DNA of 64,000 nucleotides, taken from positions 24,428,001 through 24,492,000 of the forward strand of contig OZ024742.1 in NCBI GenBank assembly GCA_964016885.1, read 5' to 3'. Shown piece by piece: positions 40,901-54,550 of this stretch; the stretch's first letter is position 1, and each line of letters starts with the position of its first letter. This DNA comes from Eledone cirrhosa (Eukaryota). The notes under the pieces were generated by a model. That model did not search any database. It saw only the letters and a list, made by a program, of their open reading frames with translations, and was not told the origin of the DNA. Position numbers and translations under genes: made by a program.

Positions 40901-43900
40901 ATTGTGGCCTGCTGCTGTAAGGCTGAAGGTATGAGATGACTGCTGTGGATTGTGGCCTGCTGCTGTAAGGCTGAAGTTATGAGATGACTGCTGTGGATTG
41001 TGGCCTGTTGCTGTAAGGCTGAAGGTATGAGATGACTGCTGTGGATTGTGGCCTGCTGCTGTAAGGCTTAAGGTATGAGATGACTGCTGTGGATTGTGGC
41101 TTGTTGTTGTGAGGCTGGAGGTATGAGATGACTGATGTGGATTGTGGCTTGTTGTTGTGAGGCTGAAGGTACGAGATGACTGCTGTGGATTGTGGCTTGT
41201 TGTTGTGAGGCTGAAGGTATGAGATGACTGCTGTGGATTGTGGCCTTTTGCTGTAAGGCTGAAGGTATGAGATGACTGCTGTGGATTGTGGCCTGCTGCT
41301 GTAAGGCTGAAAGTATGAGATGACTGCTGTGGATTGTGGCCTGCTGCTGTAAGGCTGAAGGTATGAGATGACTGCTGTGAATCGTGGCCTGCTGCTGTAA
41401 GGCTGAAGGTATGAGATGACTGCTGTAGATTGTGGCCTGCTGCTGTAAGGCTGAAATATGAGATGACTACTGTGGATTGTGGCTTGTTGTTGTGAGGCTG
41501 AAGATATGAGATGACTGCTGTGGATTGTGGCCTGCTGCTGTAAGGCTGAAGTTATGAGATGACTGCTGTGGATTGTGGCCTGTTGCTGTAAGGCTGAAGG
41601 TATGAGATGACTGCTGTGGATTGTGGCCTGTTGCTGTAAGGCTGAAGGTATGAGATGACTGCTGTGGATTGTGGCTTGTTGTTGTGAGGCTGAAGGTATG
41701 AGATGACTGCTGTGGATTGTGGCTTGTTGTTGTGAGGCTGAAGGTATGAGATGACTGCTGTGGATTGTGGCTTGTTGTTGTGAGGCTGAAGGTATGAGAT
41801 GACTGCTGTGGATTGTGGCTTGTTGTTGTGAGGCTGAAGGTATGAGATGACTGCTGTGGATTGTGGCCTGTTGCTGTAAGGCTGAAGGTATGAGATGACT
41901 GCTGTGGATTGTGGCTTGTTGTTGTGAGGCTGAAGGTATGAGATGACTGCTGTGGATTGTGCCTTGTTGTTGTGAGGCTGAAGGTATGAGATGACTGCTG
42001 TGGATTGTGGCTTGCTGTTGTGAGGCTGAAGGTATGAGATGACTGCTGTGGATTGTGGCTTGTTGTTGTGAGGCTGAAGGTATGAGATGACTGCTGTGGA
42101 TTGTGGCCTGTTGCTGTAAGGCTGAAGGTATGAGATGACTGCTGTGGATTGTGGCCTGCTGCTGTAAGGCTGAAGGTATGAGATGACTGCTGTGGATTGT
42201 GGCCTGCTGCTGTAAGGCTGAAGGTATGAGATGACTGCTGTGGATTGTGGCTTGTTGTTGTGAGGCTGAAGTTATGAGATGACTGCTGTGGATTGTGGCC
42301 TGCTGCTGTAAGGCTGAAGGTATGAGATGACTGCTGTGGATTGTGGCCTGCTGCTGTAAGGCTGAAGGTATGAGATGACTGCTGTGAATTGTGGCCTGCT
42401 GCTGTAAGGCTGAAGGTATGAGATGACTGCTGTAGATTGTGGCCTGCTGCTGTAAGGCTGAAATATGAGATGACTACTGTGGATTGTGGCTTGTTGTTGT
42501 GAGGCTGAAGGTATGAGATGACTGCTGTGGATTGTGGCCTGCTGCTGTAAGGCTGAAGGTATGAGATGACTGCTGTGGATTGTGGCCTGTTGCTGTAAGG
42601 CTGAAGGTATGAGATGACTGATGTGAATTGTGGCCTGTTGCTGTAAGGCTGAAGGTATGAGATGACTGCTGTGGATTGTGGCTTGTTGTTGTGAGGCTGA
42701 AGGTATGAGATGACTGCTGTGGATTGTGGCTTGTTGTTGTGAGGCTGAAGGTATGAGATGACTGCTGTGGATTGTGGCCTGTTGCTGTAAGACTGAAGGT
42801 ATGAGATGACTGCTGTGGATTGTGGCTTGTTGTTGTGAGGCTGAAGGTATGAGATGACTGCTGTGGATTGTGGCTTGTTGTTGTGAGGCTAAAGGTATGA
42901 GATGACTGCTGTGGATTGTGGCCTGCTGCTGTAAGGCTGAAGTTATGAGATGACTGCGGTGGATTGTGGCCTGCTGCTGTAAGGCTGAAGGTATGAGATG
43001 ACTGCTGTGGATTGTGGCTTGTTGTTGTGAGGCTGAAGGTATGAGATGACTGCTGTGGATTGTGGATTGTTGTTGTGAGGCTTAAGGTATGACATGACTG
43101 CTGTGGATTGTGGCCTGCTGCTGTAAGGCTGAAGGTATGAGATGACTGCTGTGGATTGTGGCTTGTTGTTGTGAGGCTGAAGGTATGAGATGACTGCTGT
43201 GGATTGTGGCTTGTTGTTGTGAGGCTGAAGGTATGAGATGACTGCTGTGGATTGTGGCTTGTTGTTGTGAGGCTGAAGGTATGAGATGACTGCTGTGGAT
43301 TGTGGCTTGTTGTTGTGAGGCTGAAGGTATGAGATGACTGCTGTGGATTGTGGCCAGTTGCTGTAAGGCTGAAGGTATGAGATGACTGCTGTGGATTGTG
43401 GCCTGCTGCTGTAAGGCTGAAGGTATGAGATGACTGCTGTGGATTGTGGCCTGTTGCTGTAAGGCTGAAGGTATGAGATGACTGCTGTGGATTGTGGCTT
43501 GTTGTTGTGAGGCTGAAGGTATGAGATGACTGCTGTGGATTGTGGCTTGTTGTTGTGAGGCTGAAGGTATGAGATGACTGCTGTGGATTGTGGCTTGTTG
43601 TTGTGAGGCTGAAGGTATGAGATGACTGCTGTGGATTGTGGCTTGTTGTTGTGAGGCTGAAGGTATGAGATGACTGCTGTGGATTGTGGCCTGTTGCTGT
43701 AAGGCTGAAGGTATGAGATGACTGCTGTGGATTGTGGCTTGTTGTTGTGAGGCTGAAGGTATGAGATGACTGCTGTGGATTGTGGCTTGTTGTGAGGCTG
43801 AAGGTATGAGATGACTGCTGTGGATTGTGGCTTGTTGTTGTGAGGCTGAAGGTATGAGATGACTGCTGTGGATTGTGGCTTGTTGTTGTGAGGCTGAAGG

Positions 43901-46900
43901 TATGAGATGACTGCTGTGGATTGTGGCCTGTTGCTGTAAGGCTGAAGGTATGAGATGACTGCTGTGGATTGTGGCCTGCTGCTGTAAGGCTGAAGGTATG
44001 AGATGACTGCTGTGGATTGTGGCCTGCTGCTGTAAGGCTGAAGGTATGAGATGACTGCTGTGGTTTGTGGCTTGTTGTTGTGAGGCTGAAGTTATGAGAT
44101 GACTGCTGTGGATTGTGGCCTGCTGCTGTAAGGCTGAAGGTATGAGATGACTGCTGTGGATTGTGGCCTGCTGCTGTAAGGCTGAAGGTATGAGATGACT
44201 GCTGTGGATTGTGGCCTGCTGCTGTAAGGCTGAAGGTATGAGATGACTGCTGTAGATTGTGGCCTGCTGCTGTAAGGCTGAAATATGAGATGACTACTGT
44301 GGATTGTGGCTTGTTGTTGTGAGGCTGAAGGTATGAGATGACTGCTGTGGATTGTGGCCTGCTGCTGTAAGGCTGAAGGTATGAGATGACTGCTGTGGAT
44401 TGTGGCCTGTTGCTGTAAGGCTGAAGGTATGAGATGACTGCTGTGGATTGTGGCCTGTTGCTGTAAGGCTGAAGGTATGAGATGACTGCTGTGGATTGTG
44501 GCTTGTTGTTGTGAGGCTGAAGGTATGAGATGACTGTTGTGGATTGTGGCCTGTTGCTGTAAGACTGAAGGTATGAGATGACTGCTGTGGATTGTGGCTT
44601 GTTGTTGTGAGGCTGAAGGTATGAGATGACTGCTGTGGATTGTGGCTTGTTGTTGTGAGGCTAAAGGTATGAGATGACTGCTGTGGATTGTGGCCTGCTG
44701 CTGTAAGACTGAAGTTATGAGATGACTGCGGTGGATTGTGGCCTGCTGCTGTAAGGCTGAAGGTATGAGATGACTGCTGTGGATTGTGGCTTGTTGTTGT
44801 GAGGCTGAAGGTATGAGATGACTGCTGTGGATTGTGGATTGTTGTTGTGAGGCTTAAGGTATGACATGACTGCTGTGGATTGTGGCCTGCTGCTGTAAGG
44901 CTGAAGGTATGAGATGACTGCTGTGGATTGTGGCTTGTTGTTGTGAGGCTGAAGGTATGAGATGACTGCTGTGGATTGTGGCTTGTTGTTGTGAGGCTGA
45001 AGGTATGAGATGACTGCTGTGGATTGTGGCTTGTTGTTGTGAGGCCGAAGTTATGAGATGACTGCTGTGGATTGTGGCCTGCTGCTGTAAGGCTGAAGGT
45101 ATGAGATGACTGCTGTGGATTGTGGCCTGCTGCTGTAAGGCTGAAGGTATGAGATGACTGCTGTGGATTGTGGCCTGCTGCTGTAAGGCTGAAGTTATGA
45201 GATGACTGCTGTGGATTGTGGCCTGTTGCTGTAAGGCTGAAGGTATGAGATGACTGCTGTGGATTGTGGCCTGCTGCTGTAAGGCTTAAGGTATGAGATG
45301 ACTGCTGTGGATTGTGGCTTGTTGTTGTGAGGCTGAAGGTATGAGATGACTGATGTGGATTGTGGCTTGTTGTTGTGAGGCTGAAGGTACGAGATGACTG
45401 CTGTGGATTGTGGCTTGTTGTTGTGAGGCTGAAGGTATGAGATGACTGCTGTGGATTGTGGCCTTTTGCTGTAAGGCTGAAGGTATGAGATGACTGCTGT
45501 GGATTGTGGCCTGCTGCTGTAAGGCTGAAAGTATGAGATGACTGCTGTGGATTGTGGCCTGCTGCTGTAAGGCTGAAGGTATGAGATGACTGCTGTGAAT
45601 CGTGGCCTGCTGCTGTAAGGCTGAAGGTATGAGATGACTGCTGTAGATTGTGGCCTGCTGCTGTAAGGCTGAAATATGAGATGACTACTGTGGATTGTGG
45701 CTTGTTGTTGTGAGGCTGAAGATATGAGATGACTGCTGTGGATTGTGGCCTGCTGCTGTAAGGCTGAAGTTATGAGATGACTGCTGTGGATTGTGGCCTG
45801 TTGCTGTAAGGCTGAAGGTATGAGATGACTGCTGTGGATTGTGGCCTGTTGCTGTAAGGCTGAAGGTATGAGATGACTGCTGTGGATTGTGGCTTGTTGT
45901 TGTGAGGCTGAAGGTATGAGATGACTGCTGTGGATTGTGGCTTGTTGTTGTGAGGCTGAAGGTATGAGATGACTGCTGTGGATTGTGGCTTGTTGTTGTG
46001 AGGCTGAAGGTATGAGATGACTGCTGTGGATTGTGGCTTGTTGTTGTGAGGCTGAAGGTATGAGATGACTGCTGTGGATTGTGGCCTGTTGCTGTAAGGC
46101 TGAAGGTATGAGATGACTGCTGTGGATTGTGGCTTGTTGTTGTGAGGCTGAAGGTATGAGATGACTGCTGTGGATTGTGCCTTGTTGTTGTGAGGCTGAA
46201 GGTATGAGATGACTGCTGTGGATTGTGGCTTGCTGTTGTGAGGCTGAAGGTATGAGATGACTGCTGTGGATTGTGGCTTGTTGTTGTGAGGCTGAAGGTA
46301 TGAGATGACTGCTGTGGATTGTGGCCTGTTGCTGTAAGGCTGAAGGTATGAGATGACTGCTGTGGATTGTGGCCTGCTGCTGTAAGGCTGAAGGTATGAG
46401 ATGACTGCTGTGGATTGTGGCCTGCTGCTGTAAGGCTGAAGGTATGAGATGACTGCTGTGGATTGTGGCTTGTTGTTGTGAGGCTGAAGTTATGAGATGA
46501 CTGCTGTGGATTGTGGCCTGCTGCTGTAAGGCTGAAGGTATGAGATGACTGCTGTGGATTGTGGCCTGCTGCTGTAAGGCTGAAGGTATGAGATGACTGC
46601 TGTGGATTGTGGCCTGTTGCTGTAAGGCTGAAGGTATGAGATGACTGATGTGAATTGTGGCCTGTTGCTGTAAGGCTGAAGGTATGAGATGACTGCTGTG
46701 GATTGTGGCTTGTTGTTGTGAGGCTGAAGGTATGAGATGACTGCTGTGGATTGTGGCTTGTTGTTGTGAGGCTGAAGGTATGAGATGACTGCTGTGGATT
46801 GTGGCCTGTTGCTGTAAGGCTGAAGGTATGAGATGACTGCTGTGGATTGTGGCTTGTTGTTGTGAGGCTGAAGGTATGAGATGACTGCTGTGGATTGTGG

Positions 46901-49900
46901 CTTGTTGTGAGGCTGAAGGTATGAGATGACTGCTGTGGATTGTGGCTTGTTGTTGTGAGGCTGAAGGTATGAGATGACTGCTGTGGATTGTGGCTTGTTG
47001 TTGTGAGGCTGAAGGTATGAGATGACTGCTGTGGATTGTGGCCTGTTGCTGTAAGGCTGAAGGTATGAGATGACTGCTGTGGATTGTGGCCTGCTGCTGT
47101 AAGGCTGAAGGTATGAGATGACTGCTGTGGATTGTGGCCTGCTGCTGTAAGGCTGAAGGTATGAGATGACTGCTGTGGATTGTGGCCTGCTGCTGTAAGG
47201 CTGAAGGTATGAGATGACTGCTGTGGTTTGTGGCTTGTTGTTGTGAGGCTGAAGTTATGAGATGACTGCTGTGGATTGTGGCCTGCTGCTGTAAGGCTGA
47301 AGGTATGAGATGACTGCTGTGGATTGTGGCCTGCTGCTGTAAGGCTGAAGGTATGAGATGACTGCTGTGGATTGTGGCCTGCTGCTGTAAGGCTGAAGGT
47401 ATGAGATGACTGCTGTAGATTGTGGCCTGCTGCTGTAAGGCTGAAATATGAGATGACTACTGTGGATTGTGGCTTGTTGTTGTGAGGCTGAAGGTATGAG
47501 ATGACTGCTGTGGATTGTGGCCTGCTGCTGTAAGGCTGAAGGTATGAGATGACTGCTGTGGATTGTGGCCTGTTGCTGTAAGGCTGAAGGTATGAGATGA
47601 CTGCTGTGGATTGTGGCCTGTTGCTGTAAGGCTGAAGGTATGAGATGACTGCTGTGGATTGTGGCTTGTTGTTGTGAGGCTGAAGGTATGAGATGACTGT
47701 TGTGGATTGTGGCCTGTTGCTGTAAGACTGAAGGTATGAGATGACTGCTGTGGATTGTGGCTTGTTGTTGTGAGGCTGAAGGTATGAGATGACTGCTGTG
47801 GATTGTGGCTTGTTGTTGTGAGGCTAAAGGTATGAGATGACTGCTGTGGATTGTGGCCTGCTGCTGTAAGACTGAAGTTATGAGATGACTGCGGTGGATT
47901 GTGGCCTGCTGCTGTAAGGCTGAAGGTATGAGATGACTGCTGTGGATTGTGGCTTGTTGTTGTGAGGCTGAAGGTATGAGATGACTGCTGTGGATTGTGG
48001 ATTGTTGTTGTGAGGCTTAAGGTATGACATGACTGCTGTGGATTGTGGCCTGCTGCTGTAAGGCTGAAGGTATGAGATGACTGCTGTGGATTGTGGCTTG
48101 TTGTTGTGAGGCTGAAGGTATGAGATGACTGCTGTGGATTGTGGCTTGTTGTTGTGAGGCTGAAGGTATGAGATGACTGCTGTGGATTGTGGCTTGTTGT
48201 TGTGAGGCCGAAGTTATGAGATGACTGCTGTGGATTGTGGCCTGCTGCTGTAAGGCTGAAGGTATGAGATGACTGCTGTGGATTGTGGCCTGCTGCTGTA
48301 AGGCTGAAGGTATGAGATGACTGCTGTGGATTGTGGCCTGCTGCTGTAAGGCTGAAGTTATGAGATGACTGCTGTGGATTGTGGCCTGTTGCTGTAAGGC
48401 TGAAGGTATGAGATGACTGCTGTGGATTGTGGCCTGCTGCTGTAAGGCTTAAGGTATGAGATGACTGCTGTGGATTGTGGCTTGTTGTTGTGAGGCTGAA
48501 GGTATGAGATGACTGATGTGGATTGTGGCTTGTTGTTGTGAGGCTGAAGGTACGAGATGACTGCTGTGGATTGTGGCTTGTTGTTGTGAGGCTGAAGGTA
48601 TGAGATGACTGCTGTGGATTGTGGCCTTTTGCTGTAAGGCTGAAGGTATGAGATGACTGCTGTGGATTGTGGCCTGCTGCTGTAAGGCTGAAAGTATGAG
48701 ATGACTGCTGTGGATTGTGGCCTGCTGCTGTAAGGCTGAAGGTATGAGATGACTGCTGTGAATCGTGGCCTGCTGCTGTAAGGCTGAAGGTATGAGATGA
48801 CTGCTGTAGATTGTGGCCTGCTGCTGTAAGGCTGAAATATGAGATGACTACTGTGGATTGTGGCTTGTTGTTGTGAGGCTGAAGATATGAGATGACTGCT
48901 GTGGATTGTGGCCTGCTGCTGTAAGGCTGAAGTTATGAGATGACTGCTGTGGATTGTGGCCTGTTGCTGTAAGGCTGAAGGTATGAGATGACTGCTGTGG
49001 ATTGTGGCCTGTTGCTGTAAGGCTGAAGGTATGAGATGACTGCTGTGGATTGTGGCTTGTTGTTGTGAGGCTGAAGGTATGAGATGACTGCTGTGGATTG
49101 TGGCTTGTTGTTGTGAGGCTGAAGGTATGAGATGACTGCTGTGGATTGTGGCTTGTTGTTGTGAGGCTGAAGGTATGAGATGACTGCTGTGGATTGTGGC
49201 TTGTTGTTGTGAGGCTGAAGGTATGAGATGACTGCTGTGGATTGTGGCCTGTTGCTGTAAGGCTGAAGGTATGAGATGACTGCTGTGGATTGTGGCTTGT
49301 TGTTGTGAGGCTGAAGGTATGAGATGACTGCTGTGGATTGTGCCTTGTTGTTGTGAGGCTGAAGGTATGAGATGACTGCTGTGGATTGTGGCTTGCTGTT
49401 GTGAGGCTGAAGGTATGAGATGACTGCTGTGGATTGTGGCTTGTTGTTGTGAGGCTGAAGGTATGAGATGACTGCTGTGGATTGTGGCCTGTTGCTGTAA
49501 GGCTGAAGGTATGAGATGACTGCTGTGGATTGTGGCCTGCTGCTGTAAGGCTGAAGGTATGAGATGACTGCTGTGGATTGTGGCCTGCTGCTGTAAGGCT
49601 GAAGGTATGAGATGACTGCTGTGGATTGTGGCTTGTTGTTGTGAGGCTGAAGTTATGAGATGACTGCTGTGGATTGTGGCCTGCTGCTGTAAGGCTGAAG
49701 GTATGAGATGACTGCTGTGGATTGTGGCCTGCTGCTGTAAGGCTGAAGGTATGAGATGACTGCTGTGGATTGTGGCCTGTTGCTGTAAGGCTGAAGGTAT
49801 GAGATGACTGATGTGAATTGTGGCCTGTTGCTGTAAGGCTGAAGGTATGAGATGACTGCTGTGGATTGTGGCTTGTTGTTGTGAGGCTGAAGGTATGAGA

Positions 49901-52900
49901 TGACTGCTGTGGATTGTGGCTTGTTGTTGTGAGGCTGAAGGTATGAGATGACTGCTGTGGATTGTGGCCTGTTGCTGTAAGGCTGAAGGTATGAGATGAC
50001 TGCTGTGGATTGTGGCTTGTTGTTGTGAGGCTGAAGGTATGAGATGACTGCTGTGGATTGTGGCTTGTTGTGAGGCTGAAGGTATGAGATGACTGCTGTG
50101 GATTGTGGCTTGTTGTTGTGAGGCTGAAGGTATGAGATGACTGCTGTGGATTGTGGCTTGTTGTTGTGAGGCTGAAGGTATGAGATGACTGCTGTGGATT
50201 GTGGCCTGTTGCTGTAAGGCTGAAGGTATGAGATGACTGCTGTGGATTGTGGCCTGCTGCTGTAAGGCTGAAGGTATGAGATGACTGCTGTGGATTGTGG
50301 CCTGCTGCTGTAAGGCTGAAGGTATGAGATGACTGCTGTGGTTTGTGGCTTGTTGTTGTGAGGCTGAAGTTATGAGATGACTGCTGTGGATTGTGGCCTG
50401 CTGCTGTAAGGCTGAAGGTATGAGATGACTGCTGTGGATTGTGGCCTGCTGCTGTAAGGCTGAAGGTATGAGATGACTGCTGTGGATTGTGGCTTGTTGT
50501 TGTGAGGCTGAAGGTATGAGATGACTGCTGTGGATTGTGGCTTGTTGTTGTGAGGCTGAAGGTATGAGATGACTGCTGTGGATTCTGGCCTGTTGCTGTA
50601 AGGCTGAAGGTATGAGATGACTGCTGTGGATTGTGGCTTGTTGTTGTGAGGCTGAAGGTATGAGATGACTGCTGTGGATTGTGGCTTGTTGTGAGGCTGA
50701 AGGTATGAGATGACTGCTGTGGATTGTGGCTTGTTGTTGTGAGGCTGAAGGTATGAGATGACTGCTGTGGATTGTGGCTTGTTGTTGTGAGGCTGAAGGT
50801 ATGAGATGACTGCTGTGGATTGTGGCCTGTTGCTGTAAGGCTGAAGGTATGAGATGACTGCTGTGGATTGTGGCCTGCTGCTGTAAGGCTGAAGGTATGA
50901 GATGACTGCTGTGGATTGTGGCCTGCTGCTGTAAGGCTGAAGGTATGAGATGACTGCTGTGGTTTGTGGCTTGTTGTTGTGAGGCTGAAGTTATGAGATG
51001 ACTGCTGTGGATTGTGGCCTGCTGCTGTAAGGCTGAAGGTATGAGATGACTGCTGTGGATTGTGGCCTGCTGCTGTAAGGCTGAAGGTATGAGATGACTG
51101 CTGTGGATTGTGGCCTGCTGCTGTAAGGCTGAAGGTATGAGATGACTGCTGTAGATTGTGGCCTGCTGCTGTAAGGCTGAAATATGAGATGACTACTGTG
51201 GATTGTGGCTTGTTGTTGTGAGGCTGAAGGTATGAGATGACTGCTGTGGATTGTGGCCTGCTGCTGTAAGGCTGAAGGTATGAGATGACTGCTGTGGATT
51301 GTGGCCTGTTGCTGTAAGGCTGAAGGTATGAGATGACTGCTGTGGATTGTGGCCTGTTGCTGTAAGGCTGAAGGTATGAGATGACTGCTGTGGATTGTGG
51401 CTTGTTGTTGTGAGGCTGAAGGTATGAGATGACTGTTGTGGATTGTGGCCTGTTGCTGTAAGACTGAAGGTATGAGATGACTGCTGTGGATTGTGGCTTG
51501 TTGTTGTGAGGCTGAAGGTATGAGATGACTGCTGTGGATTGTGGCTTGTTGTTGTGAGGCTAAAGGTATGAGATGACTGCTGTGGATTGTGGCCTGCTGC
51601 TGTAAGACTGAAGTTATGAGATGACTGCGGTGGATTGTGGCCTGCTGCTGTAAGGCTGAAGGTATGAGATGACTGCTGTGGATTGTGGCTTGTTGTTGTG
51701 AGGCTGAAGGTATGAGATGACTGCTGTGGATTGTGGATTGTTGTTGTGAGGCTTAAGGTATGACATGACTGCTGTGGATTGTGGCCTGCTGCTGTAAGGC
51801 TGAAGGTATGAGATGACTGCTGTGGATTGTGGTTTGTTGTTGTGAGGCTGAAGGTATGAGATGACTGCTGTGGATTGTGGCTTGTTGTTGTGAGGCTGAA
51901 GGTATGAGATGACTGCTGTGGATTGTGGCTTGTTGTTGTGAGGCCGAAGTTATGAGATGACTGCTGTGGATTGTGGCCTGCTGCTGTAAGGCTGAAGGTA
52001 TGAGATGACTGCTGTGGATTGTGGCCTGCTGCTGTAAGGCTGAAGGTATGAGATGACTGCTGTGGATTGTGGCCTGCTGCTGTAAGGCTGAAGTTATGAG
52101 ATGACTGCTGTGGATTGTGGCCTGTTGCTGTAAGGCTGAAGGTATGAGATGACTGCTGTGGATTGTGGCCTGCTGCTGTAAGGCTTAAGGTATGAGATGA
52201 CTGCTGTGGATTGTGGCTTGTTGTTGTGAGGCTGGAGGTATGAGATGACTGATGTGGATTGTGGCTTGTTGTTGTGAGGCTGAAGGTACGAGATGACTGC
52301 TGTGGATTGTGGCTTGTTGTTGTGAGGCTGAAGGTATGAGATGACTGCTGTGGATTGTGGCCTTTTGCTGTAAGGCTGAAGGTATGAGATGACTGCTGTG
52401 GATTGTGGCCTGCTGCTGTAAGGCTGAAAGTATGAGATGACTGCTGTGGATTGTGGCCTGCTGCTGTAAGGCTGAAGGTATGAGATGACTGCTGTGAATC
52501 GTGGCCTGCTGCTGTAAGGCTGAAGGTATGAGATGACTGCTGTAGATTGTGGCCTGCTGCTGTAAGGCTGAAATATGAGATGACTACTGTGGATTGTGGC
52601 TTGTTGTTGTGAGGCTGAAGATATGAGATGACTGCTGTGGATTGTGGCCTGCTGCTGTAAGGCTGAAGTTATGAGATGACTGCTGTGGATTGTGGCCTGT
52701 TGCTGTAAGGCTGAAGGTATGAGATGACTGCTGTGGATTGTGGCCTGTTGCTGTAAGGCTGAAGGTATGAGATGACTGCTGTGGATTGTGGCTTGTTGTT
52801 GTGAGGCTGAAGGTATGAGATGACTGCTGTGGATTGTGGCTTGTTGTTGTGAGGCTGAAGGTATGAGATGACTGCTGTGGATTGTGGCTTGTTGTTGTGA

Positions 52901-54550
52901 GGCTGAAGGTATGAGATGACTGCTGTGGATTGTGGCTTGTTGTTGTGAGGCTGAAGGTATGAGATGACTGCTGTGGATTGTGGCCTGTTGCTGTAAGGCT
53001 GAAGGTATGAGATGACTGCTGTGGATTGTGGCTTGTTGTTGTGAGGCTGAAGGTATGAGATGACTGCTGTGGATTGTGCCTTGTTGTTGTGAGGCTGAAG
53101 GTATGAGATGACTGCTGTGGATTGTGGCTTGCTGTTGTGAGGCTGAAGGTATGAGATGACTGCTGTGGATTGTGGCTTGTTGTTGTGAGGCTGAAGGTAT
53201 GAGATGACTGCTGTGGATTGTGGCCTGTTGCTGTAAGGCTGAAGGTATGAGATGACTGCTGTGGATTGTGGCCTGCTGCTGTAAGGCTGAAGGTATGAGA
53301 TGACTGCTGTGGATTGTGGCCTGCTGCTGTAAGGCTGAAGGTATGAGATGACTGCTGTGGATTGTGGCTTGTTGTTGTGAGGCTGAAGTTATGAGATGAC
53401 TGCTGTGGATTGTGGCCTGCTGCTGTAAGGCTGAAGGTATGAGATGACTGCTGTGGATTGTGGCCTGCTGCTGTAAGGCTGAAGGTATGAGATGACTGCT
53501 GTGAATTGTGGCCTGCTGCTGTAAGGCTGAAGGTATGAGATGACTGCTGTAGATTGTGGCCTGCTGCTGTAAGGCTGAAATATGAGATGACTACTGTGGA
53601 TTGTGGCTTGTTGTTGTGAGGCTGAAGGTATGAGATGACTGCTGTGGATTGTGGCCTGCTGCTGTAAGGCTGAAGGTATGAGATGACTGCTGTGGATTGT
53701 GGCCTGTTGCTGTAAGGCTGAAGGTATGAGATGACTGATGTGAATTGTGGCCTGTTGCTGTAAGGCTGAAGGTATGAGATGACTGCTGTGGATTGTGGCT
53801 TGTTGTTGTGAGGCTGAAGGTATGAGATGACTGCTGTGGATTGTGGCTTGTTGTTGTGAGGCTGAAGGTATGAGATGACTGCTGTGGATTGTGGCCTGTT
53901 GCTGTAAGACTGAAGGTATGAGATGACTGCTGTGGATTGTGGCTTGTTGTTGTGAGGCTGAAGGTATGAGATGACTGCTGTGGATTGTGGCTTGTTGTTG
54001 TGAGGCTAAAGGTATGAGATGACTGCTGTGGATTGTGGCCTGCTGCTGTAAGGCTGAAGTTATGAGATGACTGCGGTGGATTGTGGCCTGCTGCTGTAAG
54101 GCTGAAGGTATGAGATGACTGCTGTGGATTGTGGCTTGTTGTTGTGAGGCTGAAGGTATGAGATGACTGCTGTGGATTGTGGATTGTTGTTGTGAGGCTT
54201 AAGGTATGACATGACTGCTGTGGATTGTGGCCTGCTGCTGTAAGGCTGAAGGTATGAGATGACTGCTGTGGATTGTGGCTTGTTGTTGTGAGGCTGAAGG
54301 TATGAGATGACTGCTGTGGATTGTGGCTTGTTGTTGTGAGGCTGAAGGTATGAGATGACTGCTGTGGATTGTGGCTTGTTGTTGTGAGGCTGAAGGTATG
54401 AGATGACTGCTGTGGATTGTGGCTTGTTGTTGTGAGGCTGAAGGTATGAGATGACTGCTGTGGATTGTGGCCAGTTGCTGTAAGGCTGAAGGTATGAGAT
54501 GACTGCTGTGGATTGTGGCCTGCTGCTGTAAGGCTGAAGGTATGAGATGA
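35000..54550. repeat. Sub-array with five copies of a private-marker block and 11-12 kb long-range duplication
   Basis: The cluster GGCCTTTTGC, GAAAGTAT, GAATCGTG, GAAGATAT surrounds the 47-bp units at 36569, 41453, 45671, 48834 and 52570. Offset 12265: 35178/47443, 36569/48834, 38914/51179. Offset 11117: 40062/51179, 40716/51833, 41118/52235, 42460/53577, 43356/54473. Confidence 0.88.
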
